Positions 25,778 through 36,000 of a DNA stretch of 64,000 bases are shown here, one piece after another. The stretch is taken from the NCBI GenBank assembly GCA_965202665.1, contig OZ241841.1, positions 453,743 to 517,742 of the forward strand. The letters are read 5' to 3'. A program made the translations under genes and the position numbers. Under the pieces are notes generated by a model. The model worked only from the letters and a program-made list of their open reading frames with translations, was not told where the DNA came from and did no database searches. Source of the DNA: Candidatus Spongiisociaceae bacterium (GTDB lineage Bacteria > Actinomycetota > Acidimicrobiia > Spongiisociales > Spongiisociaceae). Position 1 is the first letter of the stretch; the number at the start of each line of letters is the position of its first letter.

Positions 25778-28700
25778 TTATGAGCTGGCGCCGGCGTCGT
25801 CGTTGGTGGGGGCTTGGTTTATTACTCTTACGAAGAAAGATGCCATCTGGGCGCGGGTTACCGGGTTGTTGGGGCAGTACCTGAGGGGGGGCGTGGTGGT
25901 GCATCCTCTGGTTACTTCGCTTTCGGCTATGCCTTCGATAGCCCGCACCACGGCCGCGTCCAGGTTGGCGGTGTCGGCGAACAGGTTTTGCGATTCGGTT
26001 ACGGCTTGGATGTGGGGGAAAGCGGCGACCATCATCACGGCCATGTCGGCTCGGGTTACTATGCCCCGGGGGTTGAAGTTCCCATCGTCTAGTTGGAAGG
26101 CCCCGATGCTTACCAGCCAGTCGGCGTAGGGGCGGTAGCTGGCGTCGGCGGGGACGTCGGCGATTTCTATGCCGGTGGGAATTTGGATGGGCCAGCGGGG
26201 GTTGACGGCCCGGTAGATGAAAGTGGCCATTTGCCTGCGGGTGATTTGGGCGCTGGGGCAGTATTTGGTGGGATCGTTGGCGTCGCATCCGACGGTTATT
26301 CCCCATTCGGCCATCAACTCGATGTTTGGTTCGTGGACGCTGCCGTCGTCGTCGCAGAACCGACCCTGGCAGGCCACCGGCGCGGGGGGCGCCACCGGAG
26401 CGACGGGTGCGGCGGGACCGGCCGGGGGCGGGGCCCCTCCTCCGGCGGGGGGCGGGGCTCCTCCGCCTCCGCCTCCTCCACCACCTCCACCGGCGGCGGG
26501 GGGCGGCGCGGCCGGAGGCGGCGCGCTTCCACCCCCACCTCCTCCTCCTCCACCTCCTCCTCCACCACCTCCTCCTCCACCACCTCCGGTGGGTGCGCTT
26601 GGTGTGCTGGTTGGCGGCGGCGGTGGGGGTGTGTATGTGTTGGCGGGAATGGTGAGGGCGGCGGGGGTGATGGTAAATCCGTCGGCGGCGCCGGTTATGT
26701 TGATTCGTTCGGTTGGTTCTCTGGGTATTTGGTCGGTTTTGATGTTGATGGTGAAGGTTCCGGAGCCGGATGATGCCGCGGGGCGGATATTTATGGTGGT
26801 GAGCTGGCTGGTGATTTGGTAGTCGTCGTTGGGGGTGGCGGTGCTGTCGGGGCCGGGGATGGTTATAGCCACGGAAGTGGCTTCAAACCGGGTGGTGGAG
26901 CCGTCCAGCCGGGCGGTGACGGTAACCCGACGGTTGGTTTCTCCTTCAGATAGGCTGGCGGAGGGGCCGACAGTGAGGGTGATGCCGGTGGGTGGATCGT
27001 CGTTGTCTTTGATAGTAAATGCCACGGGTTCGATAGCGATCCCAGCGGAGGTTCCGGTTATTTGTATGGTTTCATCCGGTTCGTCGATGCTGTCATCGGT
27101 GATGGGCAGGCTGAGGGTTCGGGTGGCGCTGTTTTGATTAGCGGAGATGGTCAGCGGGGTGAGGGCGGGGGCGGTGTAGTCGTCTCCGGCGACGGCGGTT
27201 CCACCGAAGGCCAAGGTTACGGTGTGGGCGTTGGGAAGCGTTTCCGTGCCCGGGTAGGCGGCTTGCAGGGTTACGGACGTGCCGGTGTCCCCTTCGGTCG
27301 CTTCAGTTGTTGGGGTGAGGGTTAGCGTGACGGTCAGGTCGTCGTCGATGATGGTGAGGGTGTCTTGCGCGATAGTGAAACCGGCGAGCGTCCCACCGGC
27401 AACGGTTAGCGTTTCCGGCCCCTCGAAGGCGTCGTCGTTATATGTTCCGTCGGTTTTGAGCAGGAAAGTTGCGGTTCCGCTGGTTTCGTAGCCGGAAATT
27501 CGCACGTTGAAGGCATCCACCGTTTCATAGTCGGTTCCCTCAGTTGCTTCCCCAGTAGCCGTTTTGCCGACCACGATGGGTACGAAGGTAGCGGCGGAGC
27601 GGGTGGCGGTACCCTGGAAAGTGGCTACCACCCGCACCCGAATCTCTTGGTTTTCGTGGGCTTGGGTGAGGTGTTCCCCGCTGCTGTCGGCTCGGGTGCT
27701 GTGCAGGGAGAGGGTGACAGCGGTAGGAGGAGCGTCGTTATCGTTCAAAGCCAAAGCGACGGCTACCGTGTGATAATCCACGTTGTTGATGGTTACTTGA
27801 CTGCCGTTGATGACTATCCGTCTCGCCGGTTCATCGACGTTGTCGTCGTTCACCGTGACTTGGATGTCGACGTAGCCGGTTTTAGTACCGGCGGGGATGG
27901 TGATGCCGGTGTCGTATCCGGAGGGAGTTGAGGCTGGTCGGGAGGGCCAAACTATCCGGTAGTCTTCCCGGTTCGTCCAAACGTTGTTGGAGTCCGCGGT
28001 GGCGGTACTGTCCTCGTCTATCTCCAAACCCACTACCACACCCCCGGTAGGGGCGTTCACCGGCAGGGTAGCGGTAACCCGCACAGTGGTTGTTCCGCTG
28101 TTTTCCCCCAATGCGGACAGGGCGTTGTTGTTGGAGGGGTTGGTTAGGGCGAGGGTGATGCCGCTGTCCGCAATGTTGATAGTCGTAGAATCGGAGGCGG
28201 CCGTTCCGGCGACGGTGGCCGAACCGCTGATTTTCACCGTTTCCGCAGTAGTTTCCGCGTCAGTATCAACCCGGGCGGTCAGCTGAAACGACCCCGTATG
28301 ATGATGCTGCCCAGCGGGAATGCGGATAGTGAACGAGTTGCCCGTCTGGTCAGTGCACACATCTTCAGTCATCGACTGAGAACACGCTGTCGCCACCGTA
28401 GCCCCGTTGGTGTCCCCGGCCGCTATTGTTACCGTCACGTCAGTGTTGGTCGCCAGCGCGGAGGAGGTCGCTCCGGCGAACCCGGCGGTTACCGTTACGT
28501 TGTGGGCGCTGGCGCTTTCCGTCACCCTCCCCGGCGAGGCGGTTACCTCCAAAGCGGTGTCGCTGGCCCCGATAGTCAACGTGTCCGGGGTAATCCCCAC
28601 GCCGCTGTTCACCGACGTCCCGGCGATCCTGAACGTTTCCGCCAGCTCGGTTATCGCATCGTCTGTTATCGCTAATCCGGTTAGGTTGGTCCAGGCGCTT

Positions 28701-31700
28701 TGCGTTTGCCCGGCGGGGATGGACACCGTAACCGGGGTAGCGGGAGGAGTGAAATCGATTCCCCCCGCCTCCGCCGACGCCGGCGACAAAGCCTCCGCAG
28801 TCACCCGCACCTGCAAAGCAGATCCTATATCGTTGCTGGTGGCGGTGGTGAACGCGGCCCGTACCCGCACCGCAACCGTTGAGCCCTCCGACAAAGTTTT
28901 CTGATTCCCGCTTTCCACACCGTCAGTATCCGCCGTCAGGGTCACTTCTAGATCATCGTCTGTGATAACCAGCGTCGTTCCACTAACCGCAAACCCCCCG
29001 GCGGTACCGTCGATGTCAATACTCTCCGCGTCCTCCGCGATGGCGTCCCCCGTAATCAGCAAACCAGACAGAGCAACCGCCGAACTACTAGTAGAACCAG
29101 CCGGGATGGTCACCGTCACCGCCGTACCCGGGGCGGTGAAATCCGTCGCTTCCGCGTTCTCTCCCGCCCCGAACGATAAGGTTACGTCGGTGGCTTGAGT
29201 GAGCGAGGAGCTGGACGCCCCGGCGAATGAGGCGGTAACGGTTACGGCTCCGGCGTTGGCGTCTCTTTCATCCACCGTGGACTGACTGAGGGCCAAAGTG
29301 ATCGTTTCCAAAATCGGCAAATCAGCTACCGCGGGCAGATACCCGCCGGTAGCGGAAGCGGTGAAACGAATAGTCTCCGCCCCCTCCACCGTCCCATCAT
29401 CCCGGGGAGTGAGCACAACATCCGCCGTCCCACTGGTTTGGCCGCTAGCGATGGTGATAGTCGCAGTGCTACTCCCGCGGGTGTAATCCCCGGTCGCTCC
29501 CAAAGCGGCGGTTCCGCCCGCGGCCCCTACGTTTACCATCACCGTGGCGGACGATGAAGCGGCTGCGCCGAGGGTGGCTTTCACCCGCACCGTCTGCGCT
29601 CCCCCATCCTCGGTAATCCCCGACAAGGCCGGAGCGGCGCTTGTCGCTTGATGGAAGGACAAAGTAACCGCCCGACCCGGATCGAAAACGCCCATCTGAG
29701 CGGACGCCACCTGACCTATAGAAGTAGAACCAGTCAGTTTCAAATACTCGATACCCTCAGTATCATCCCCATCGACGCGGGCCCGCAGCTGAAAAGAACC
29801 CGAACCGCTAACATCCCCGGCGGGGATACTGACCGTGAACTGATTGCCCGTCTGGTTAGTGCACACATCCGCTGTCATCGTCATCGTAGAACATACCGCG
29901 GTATGCACCGTCGCGCCGCTGGTGTCCCCCGACCCAACCGTTACCGTCACCGGAGTCGCCGCCGACAACACCGACGTAGCCCCCTGAAAACGGGCTGTCA
30001 CCATTATCTGATGATCCGCCGTCCGCTCCACCACCTCCGCCGGAGACGCCGACAAAGACACATCCACATCATCATCAACAATAGTCACCGTCTCCGCAAC
30101 CACCGTCCCGCCTGTCGCGGTACCGGTGATGAGAAACGTCTCCGCTCCCTCCGCTATAGTATCATCCGCCACCGACAACCCGGTCAGATTCACCCAACCG
30201 CTCTGCAAGGCGGTTCCGACGGGCATAGTCACCGTCGCCGCCGCGCCCGGGGCGGTGAAATCAACACCCCCACCGGTCGCCGACACCGGAGAACCCTCCC
30301 CCGCAGTTACCTGAACCGTATACGCGGCGGTCAAGTCGTTGGTAGTAGCTGATGTGAACCGGGCCCGCACCCGCACCGCCGCCTCCTCACCCTCCGGCAA
30401 AGTCTGCTGCACCCCAGAAGCGCTGTCCGTGTCCGCCGTTAAAGTAACCCCCAGATCATCGTCGGTTATCGCCAGCTCCGTTCCGCTCACCACAAACCCA
30501 TCCGCCGTCCCCCCAACATCGATCTTCTCCTCCCCCTCCGCAATCGAATCAGACGTAATCAGCAAACCAGTCAAAGCAGTAGCGGAACTGGAGGTGGAAG
30601 AAGCCGGGATGCTCACCGTGATCGCCGTACCGGGAGCGGTGAAATCCGCCGCCTCCCCGTTCTCGCCCGCCCCGAACGACAACGTAACAACCGTCGCCCC
30701 CGTCAACGTCGAAGTAGACGCCCCCGCGAACGCCGCCGTCACCGACGCCGCCCCCGCGTTCGTTGCGCCCTCGCCTACCGATGACTGGCTGAGCGTCAAC
30801 GTAATCTCTTCCATAATTTTCAAATCAACCGGAACAACCCTGAACCCAGTGGCGGAACCGGTGAACTGAACCGTTTCCTCCCCCTCCGCCACCGTATCCG
30901 ACAAAGGAGTGATCGTCACATCCGCCGTCCCGGAAGTCTCACCCGACGCAATCGTCACATCCACCGTCGCCGCCCCCCGGTCGTAGTCGCCGCTCGAACA
31001 CGACCGGGACTGGCCGCTCCCCGTGCACGTCCCCAACGTCGCCGTACCCCCCGCCGCCCCCACATTCACGCTAATCGTCGTATCCGAACTCACCATCGCT
31101 CCCGCCGTAGCTTTCACCCGCACCGTCTCCGCCCCCCCACCCTCCGCTATCCCCCCCAAAGCCGCCTCCCCCGCCGTCGCCTCATGCAACGACAAATCCA
31201 CCCGCGTCCCCACATCCACAATCGGCAAATCCACCGACTCCACCGCCACCGCCGCCCCGCCCACCGACGCCGACCCCGACAGCGTCAGATTCTCCCCCGA
31301 CTCGCTCGTACTATCATCAGGAACCGTCACCATAAACGTGCCGCTCCCCGACGTCCCACCCGCCGGAATAGACACCGTCATCTGATTATTAGTCAAACTC
31401 GTACAAGCATCCTGCCCGCTAGTTGTCGGACACGACGACCCCAACGAAGCCCCACCCGACCCCGCCACCGACACCGTCACAGTTGTAGCAGTCGTCAGAA
31501 TCGACGACGAACCCTTAAACCGGGCGGTCACCGTAACCTGCTGCGCCGTCGCCTGCTCATCCACCGACAATGGAGACACCTCCAACTCAATATCAGCGTC
31601 ATTATCATAAATCGTCAACGTGTCCGCCGTAGCGGATCCCAGCACCGACGACCCACCCACCAAAAAGGTTTCCGGCCCCTCCACAATCGCATCATCGGTG

Positions 31701-32953
31701 ATCGTCAACCCCGCCAACGTAGCCGAACCCGAAGCAGTAATACTCCGAGCCGGGAAAGAAATCGTATTCGCCGTGGACGGAGCATACGAAAAATCAGCCG
31801 TCGTCGCCTTCCCCGCCCCCGCCGGAGTCTCCGCCGCCGTCGACAGCGTCACTGCCGTCGCCGAAGACAACGCCGAAGACGTCGCGTTCCAAAAACTAGC
31901 CGACACCGACACCCCCGAACCGGAATCCCCCTCAGATATAATGTCTTGATTCCCCATAGCCTCACTATCGGTATCCACCGTCAAATCCACACGACTATTA
32001 GCATCCTTAACAGTTATCGGTGTCTTATACTGGGTCCAATCCGGAACGTCCACCCTAAGATAAAATATCTCGTCCGGCTCCACCTTCCCATCAGTTACCG
32101 TTGTTAAAGAAAGTCTAATAGGTGTGAAAGTTCCGGAAAGAGAGTTGGCGTTTATCGTTACAGACAAAGGATCATTCCAATGATCATGCTGATGATAGAT
32201 ATCGTGGGCACCACTTGTATCCGAGGTGCTTACCGTAGCTGTCCCGCTGTCAATTCTTATTTGCTTATCCGAAATATTTTGGCTGTACGTCGAAGAAGTA
32301 GAAGCAGTGAACACACCGTTAGTCACCCCACCCACGATAGCCTTCGGCGTAGTAAAATTGCCTTTACCATAGTTAATAAAACCCGAAGATTCACCTTCTT
32401 TTAGCTCCGACAATACTAAATAATTCGATGGTACAACTACCTTAACCGCCCGGTCCTGATCGGTAATCGTCAAAGTAGCCGGAGCCACCCTATACCCAGA
32501 AGGGCCGGTGCCGGAGAAAATGATGGTCTCATGCTCTTCCGTAATCCTATCCGACCGCAAATCCATCGTAAAACTATTAGACGTAACACTCCTTTGATTC
32601 CTATGAATAGTTACATTCCAAGGCTCACGAGTACAGTAATCACCAGAATTGCAAACATATCTCGGAGGACGACCCGGATCAAACCTATTCACATTTATAG
32701 TCGCTCCTTGAGTGGCTGTACCGGATAACCTACTGATGCTAATCCGCAAATCGGAGGACGGCGCCGAGGCCACCGACGCCTTCAACCGCAACACCTTCGA
32801 ACCGCTGTCCTCCCCCACCGAAGTCACCGCGTTGCCCGAAGCATCAACCACACTGAACGTAATAGTCGTCTGCGCCCCCACCACCGCAGGCGCGGCCGGC
32901 AACAGTGACAGGACCAAACCCGCCGCCAACGCCAACAGCCCCAGCCGTCGCAT
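25778..32953 (-). CDS. Giant SLH-anchored cell-surface protein, paralog A (signal peptide, Calx-beta-like repeat array, poly-Gly/Pro linker, 3 C-terminal SLH domains)
   Basis: ORF 25778..32980. The real start is the ATG at 32953 (MRRLGLLALAAGLVLSLLPAAPAVVGAQT) after GGAGGTTGGGTG. The ~100-aa repeats carry ...DY...F..GET...TI.DDD..E..E.. motifs. The C-terminus reads FCDDDGSVHEPNIELMAEWGIT...ITRRQMATFIYRAV / ...VTRADMAVMMVAAF / ...VTRAQMASFFVRVI, which is three SLH domains. Confidence 0.85.
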   Translation of the reverse strand: MRRLGLLALAAGLVLSLLPAAPAVVGAQTTITFSVVDASGNAVTSVGEDSGSKVLRLKASVASAPSSDLRISISRLSGTATQGATINVNRFDPGRPPRYVCNSGDYCTREPWNVTIHRNQRSVTSNSFTMDLRSDRITEEHETIIFSGTGPSGYRVAPATLTITDQDRAVKVVVPSNYLVLSELKEGESSGFINYGKGNFTTPKAIVGGVTNGVFTASTSSTYSQNISDKQIRIDSGTATVSTSDTSGAHDIYHQHDHWNDPLSVTINANSLSGTFTPIRLSLTTVTDGKVEPDEIFYLRVDVPDWTQYKTPITVKDANSRVDLTVDTDSEAMGNQDIISEGDSGSGVSVSASFWNATSSALSSATAVTLSTAAETPAGAGKATTADFSYAPSTANTISFPARSITASGSATLAGLTITDDAIVEGPETFLVGGSSVLGSATADTLTIYDNDADIELEVSPLSVDEQATAQQVTVTARFKGSSSILTTATTVTVSVAGSGGASLGSSCPTTSGQDACTSLTNNQMTVSIPAGGTSGSGTFMVTVPDDSTSESGENLTLSGSASVGGAAVAVESVDLPIVDVGTRVDLSLHEATAGEAALGGIAEGGGAETVRVKATAGAMVSSDTTISVNVGAAGGTATLGTCTGSGQSRSCSSGDYDRGAATVDVTIASGETSGTADVTITPLSDTVAEGEETVQFTGSATGFRVVPVDLKIMEEITLTLSQSSVGEGATNAGAASVTAAFAGASTSTLTGATVVTLSFGAGENGEAADFTAPGTAITVSIPASSTSSSATALTGLLITSDSIAEGEEKIDVGGTADGFVVSGTELAITDDDLGVTLTADTDSASGVQQTLPEGEEAAVRVRARFTSATTNDLTAAYTVQVTAGEGSPVSATGGGVDFTAPGAAATVTMPVGTALQSGWVNLTGLSVADDTIAEGAETFLITGTATGGTVVAETVTIVDDDVDVSLSASPAEVVERTADHQIMVTARFQGATSVLSAATPVTVTVGSGDTSGATVHTAVCSTMTMTADVCTNQTGNQFTVSIPAGDVSGSGSFQLRARVDGDDTEGIEYLKLTGSTSIGQVASAQMGVFDPGRAVTLSFHQATSAAPALSGITEDGGAQTVRVKATLGAAASSSATVMVNVGAAGGTAALGATGDYTRGSSTATITIASGQTSGTADVVLTPRDDGTVEGAETIRFTASATGGYLPAVADLPILETITLALSQSTVDERDANAGAVTVTASFAGASSSSLTQATDVTLSFGAGENAEATDFTAPGTAVTVTIPAGSTSSSAVALSGLLITGDAIAEDAESIDIDGTAGGFAVSGTTLVITDDDLEVTLTADTDGVESGNQKTLSEGSTVAVRVRAAFTTATSNDIGSALQVRVTAEALSPASAEAGGIDFTPPATPVTVSIPAGQTQSAWTNLTGLAITDDAITELAETFRIAGTSVNSGVGITPDTLTIGASDTALEVTASPGRVTESASAHNVTVTAGFAGATSSALATNTDVTVTIAAGDTNGATVATACSQSMTEDVCTDQTGNSFTIRIPAGQHHHTGSFQLTARVDTDAETTAETVKISGSATVAGTAASDSTTINIADSGITLALTNPSNNNALSALGENSGTTTVRVTATLPVNAPTGGVVVGLEIDEDSTATADSNNVWTNREDYRIVWPSRPASTPSGYDTGITIPAGTKTGYVDIQVTVNDDNVDEPARRIVINGSQVTINNVDYHTVAVALALNDNDAPPTAVTLSLHSTRADSSGEHLTQAHENQEIRVRVVATFQGTATRSAATFVPIVVGKTATGEATEGTDYETVDAFNVRISGYETSGTATFLLKTDGTYNDDAFEGPETLTVAGGTLAGFTIAQDTLTIIDDDLTVTLTLTPTTEATEGDTGTSVTLQAAYPGTETLPNAHTVTLAFGGTAVAGDDYTAPALTPLTISANQNSATRTLSLPITDDSIDEPDETIQITGTSAGIAIEPVAFTIKDNDDPPTGITLTVGPSASLSEGETNRRVTVTARLDGSTTRFEATSVAITIPGPDSTATPNDDYQITSQLTTINIRPAASSGSGTFTINIKTDQIPREPTERINITGAADGFTITPAALTIPANTYTPPPPPPTSTPSAPTGGGGGGGGGGGGGGGGGGGGSAPPPAAPPPAAGGGGGGGGGGGAPPPAGGGAPPPAGPAAPVAPVAPPAPVACQGRFCDDDGSVHEPNIELMAEWGITVGCDANDPTKYCPSAQITRRQMATFIYRAVNPRWPIQIPTGIEIADVPADASYRPYADWLVSIGAFQLDDGNFNPRGIVTRADMAVMMVAAFPHIQAVTESQNLFADTANLDAAVVRAIEGIAESEVTRGCTTTPPLRYCPNNPVTRAQMASFFVRVINQAPTNDDAGASS

Positions 32954-33004
32954 CACCCAACCTCCATCTTTCGCTTCCACCCGTATCAGGGCCGATTACG
33001 AAAA

Positions 33005-33032
33005 ACGCTACCCCCCCCCCCCAATTTGTCAA
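33005..33032 (-). promoter_or_regulatory. Promoter-like element of paralog A: TTGACA-aatt-G12-TAGCGT (16-bp spacer)
   Basis: The + strand reads acgcta C12 aatt tgtcaa. It lies ~52 nt upstream of the start codon. The same element precedes all five paralogs with G-tract lengths of 11-13. Confidence 0.5.
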
Positions 33033-33074
33033 ATCAAACCTCGATGAAGGCGTCTTCTATGTTGCTTATGTTCC

Positions 33075-36000
33075 TCAGTTCCCGCCGGTGGCGGCGGGGG
33101 CGAGGTTGACGGCGCGGACGAAGAAAGAGGCCATCTGCGCTCTGGTTACCGGTTTGTTCGGGCAGTAGTTGAGGGGGGTGGTGGCGCAACCTCTGGTTAC
33201 GCCTCTGCCGTACATTCCTTCAATAGCCCGGATGATGGCGGGGTCTAGTCCTGTTGCGTCTTGGAAGAGGTTTTGGGGTTCTTCCACGGATTGGAGGTGG
33301 GGAAAGGCGGCGATCATCATGATGGCCATATCGGCCCGGGTTACCACACCGCCGGGGTTGAAGTTTCCGTCGGTGAGCGCGAAGGCGTTTACGGAGACGC
33401 CCCATTCGGCGTAGGTGCGGTACCAAGCATCGGCTGGAACATCGCTGATTTCTATGTCCTCGGGGGGTTGGATGGTCCAGCGTTGGGAGACGGCGCGGTG
33501 GAGGAAGGCGGCCATTTGCCTGCGGGTGATTTGGGCTCCGGGGCAGTATTTGGTGGAGTCTTCGGTGTCGCAGCCGAGGGTGATTCTCCATCCGGCTATC
33601 CGTTCGATGTTGGCTTCATGGACGCTGCCGTCGTCATCGCAGAACCGGCCCTGGCAGACCGGTTCGGGGGGAGGCGCAGGGGCCGGCGGGGGCGCGGCGG
33701 GCGGCGGGGTGCCGCCTCCTCCCCCTCCGCCTCCACCTCCCCCGCCGCCGCCTCCTCCTCCGCCGCCGCCTCCGCTACCCCCTCCGCCGCTGGGGCTGGG
33801 GGGCGGGGCGTCGTTGGCGGGGATGGCGAGGGTGAGGGTGGCGGGGCTGGGGGTTAAACCGGCTGGGGCGGTGGCGGTGAGAACGATTCGTTCAGCTCGT
33901 TCTGGGGTGTTGTCGTTGATGATGGTTATGGTCAGGTTGGGGGCCTGGGTTTGCCCGGCGGGAATGACCGCGGTCAGGTTGCTTATCCGATAGTCGGAGT
34001 TACGGATGGCGTCTCCGCCGAGGCTGAAGGTAACGGCGGTGTCGGTGGAAAGCGGGTTCGATCCGGCGGGGAAGCGGGTAGCGATAGCGGCGGTGGCGCC
34101 GGTAGTTTCAGCCACGCTGGTTCGGGAGAGGCTGATTTGGACGCTGGTGGGCGGAGCGTCGTTGTCTTTGATGGTGAGCGTAGCCGGTTCGACGGTGAAC
34201 CCGGCCAGCGTTCCGATTATCTGCAAGGTTTCGTCCCCTTCGGCGATGTTGTCGTCGGCCACGGCGGACAGGGTGATGGTTTGAGGGGTAGCGCTGTTTT
34301 GGTTAGCGGAGATGGTCATATCAGCAAGCGCGGAGGCGGTGAAGTCAGACGAAGAAGCGGTACCCCCGTAGGCCAGACTGACGGTCTGGGAAGCACCTAA
34401 AGTTTCCGTACCCGGATAGGCGGCCCGCAGGCTTAGAGTGATGTTGGCGTCCCCTTCGGTCACCTCGTCTGGCGTGACGGCAAGAATAACAGTCAGGTCA
34501 TCGTCGAGGATGGACAGCGTGTCCTCCCCGATAGTGAAACCGGCGAGGGTCCCCCCGGCGACGGTCAACGTTTCCGGCCCCTCAAAAGCCGCATCATTGT
34601 ATGTTCCATCAGTTCTAAGAACAAAACTGCTAACCCCGCTGGATTGGTAAGCGGGAATGGCAACAGTAAAGTCGCCTACCGTTTCGTAATCCGTTCCCTC
34701 AGTGGCCTCCCCGGAAGGCTTTCCGACCACAATCGGCACGAAAGTAGCGGCGGAACGGGTGGCGGTTCCTTGAAAAGCGGCCCGTACCCGCACGGTGGTG
34801 CTTGTTCCGCCTTCGGGTACTTGGGTCAGCTCCGCTCCTACCTCGCCGCCGTCATCTTCATAAAGAGAGACATCGATGACGGTAGGAGGAGAATCGTTGT
34901 CGTTTAGGGTCAAACTGGCATCTACCGTCTGGTAGGTGTCGGCGCTGATAGTTACATCACTGCCTTCGAAAAGAATGGTCTTCGCCGGTTCGGCAACGCT
35001 GTCGTCATTTACAACAATGGTGACATCAGCGAAACTGTTGGTGCTTCCTTGGGCGATGGTGATGCCGGTGGAGTATCCGCCGGGAGTTCCGGTCGGTTTG
35101 GAGGGCCAAGTCACACGGTAGTCCTCCCCATCCGCCCATACGTTGTTAGAGGCCGCAACGGCGGTACTGCCCTCGGCTATTCTCAGGCCTACTACCACTC
35201 CACCCGAGGGGACGGTGACCCCGGTGGGCAGGGTAGCGGTCACCCGTATAGTGGAGGATCCGCTGTTCTCATCCAACGCAGACACGGAACTCCCGGACTT
35301 AGCCAGAGTGAGGGTGATGGCGCTGTCTACTACGTTGATAGTGTCAGTATCTGACTCCGATTCTCCAGCGACGGTGGCGCTTCCGGTTATTTTCACCGTT
35401 TCAGTGGTGGCTTCCTGTGTTCCATCGTCCCGGGCGGTCAGCTTGAATGTTCCCGTATGGCTGACTTCCCCGGCGGGGATGGTAATGGTAAACGAGTTGC
35501 CCGTCTGATCGGTGCAAACATCGTTCTGACCGATCGCGGAGCACGACGCCGCCATCGTCGCCCCGTTGGAATCCCCGGCCGCTACCGCCACCGTCACATC
35601 GGTGCCCGCCGCTAAAGCGGAGGAGGACGCTCCCGCGAACCCGGCGGTTACCGTAACATCATGGGCGGCGCCGCTTTCATACACCGTTCCCGGCGACGCG
35701 GTGACTTCCAAAGCGGTGTCGCTAGCCCCGATAGTCAACGTGTCCGAAGTTACCGTCACGCCGCTTCTCCCAACAACAGTACCGGTGATGGCAAACGTTT
35801 CCGCCGCCTCGGTCTCCGCGTCGTCTGCAACCGACAAGCCCGACAAGTTCACCCAAGGGCTTGCCAGACTGCTTTGCCCGGCGGGGATGGACACCGTGAC
35901 CGGCGTAGCGGGAGCGGTGAAATCAACACCACCGCCCGCCGCTGACTGCGGCGACGAAACCCCGGCGGTGACGCGCACCTGCAGAGCGGATCCTAAATCG

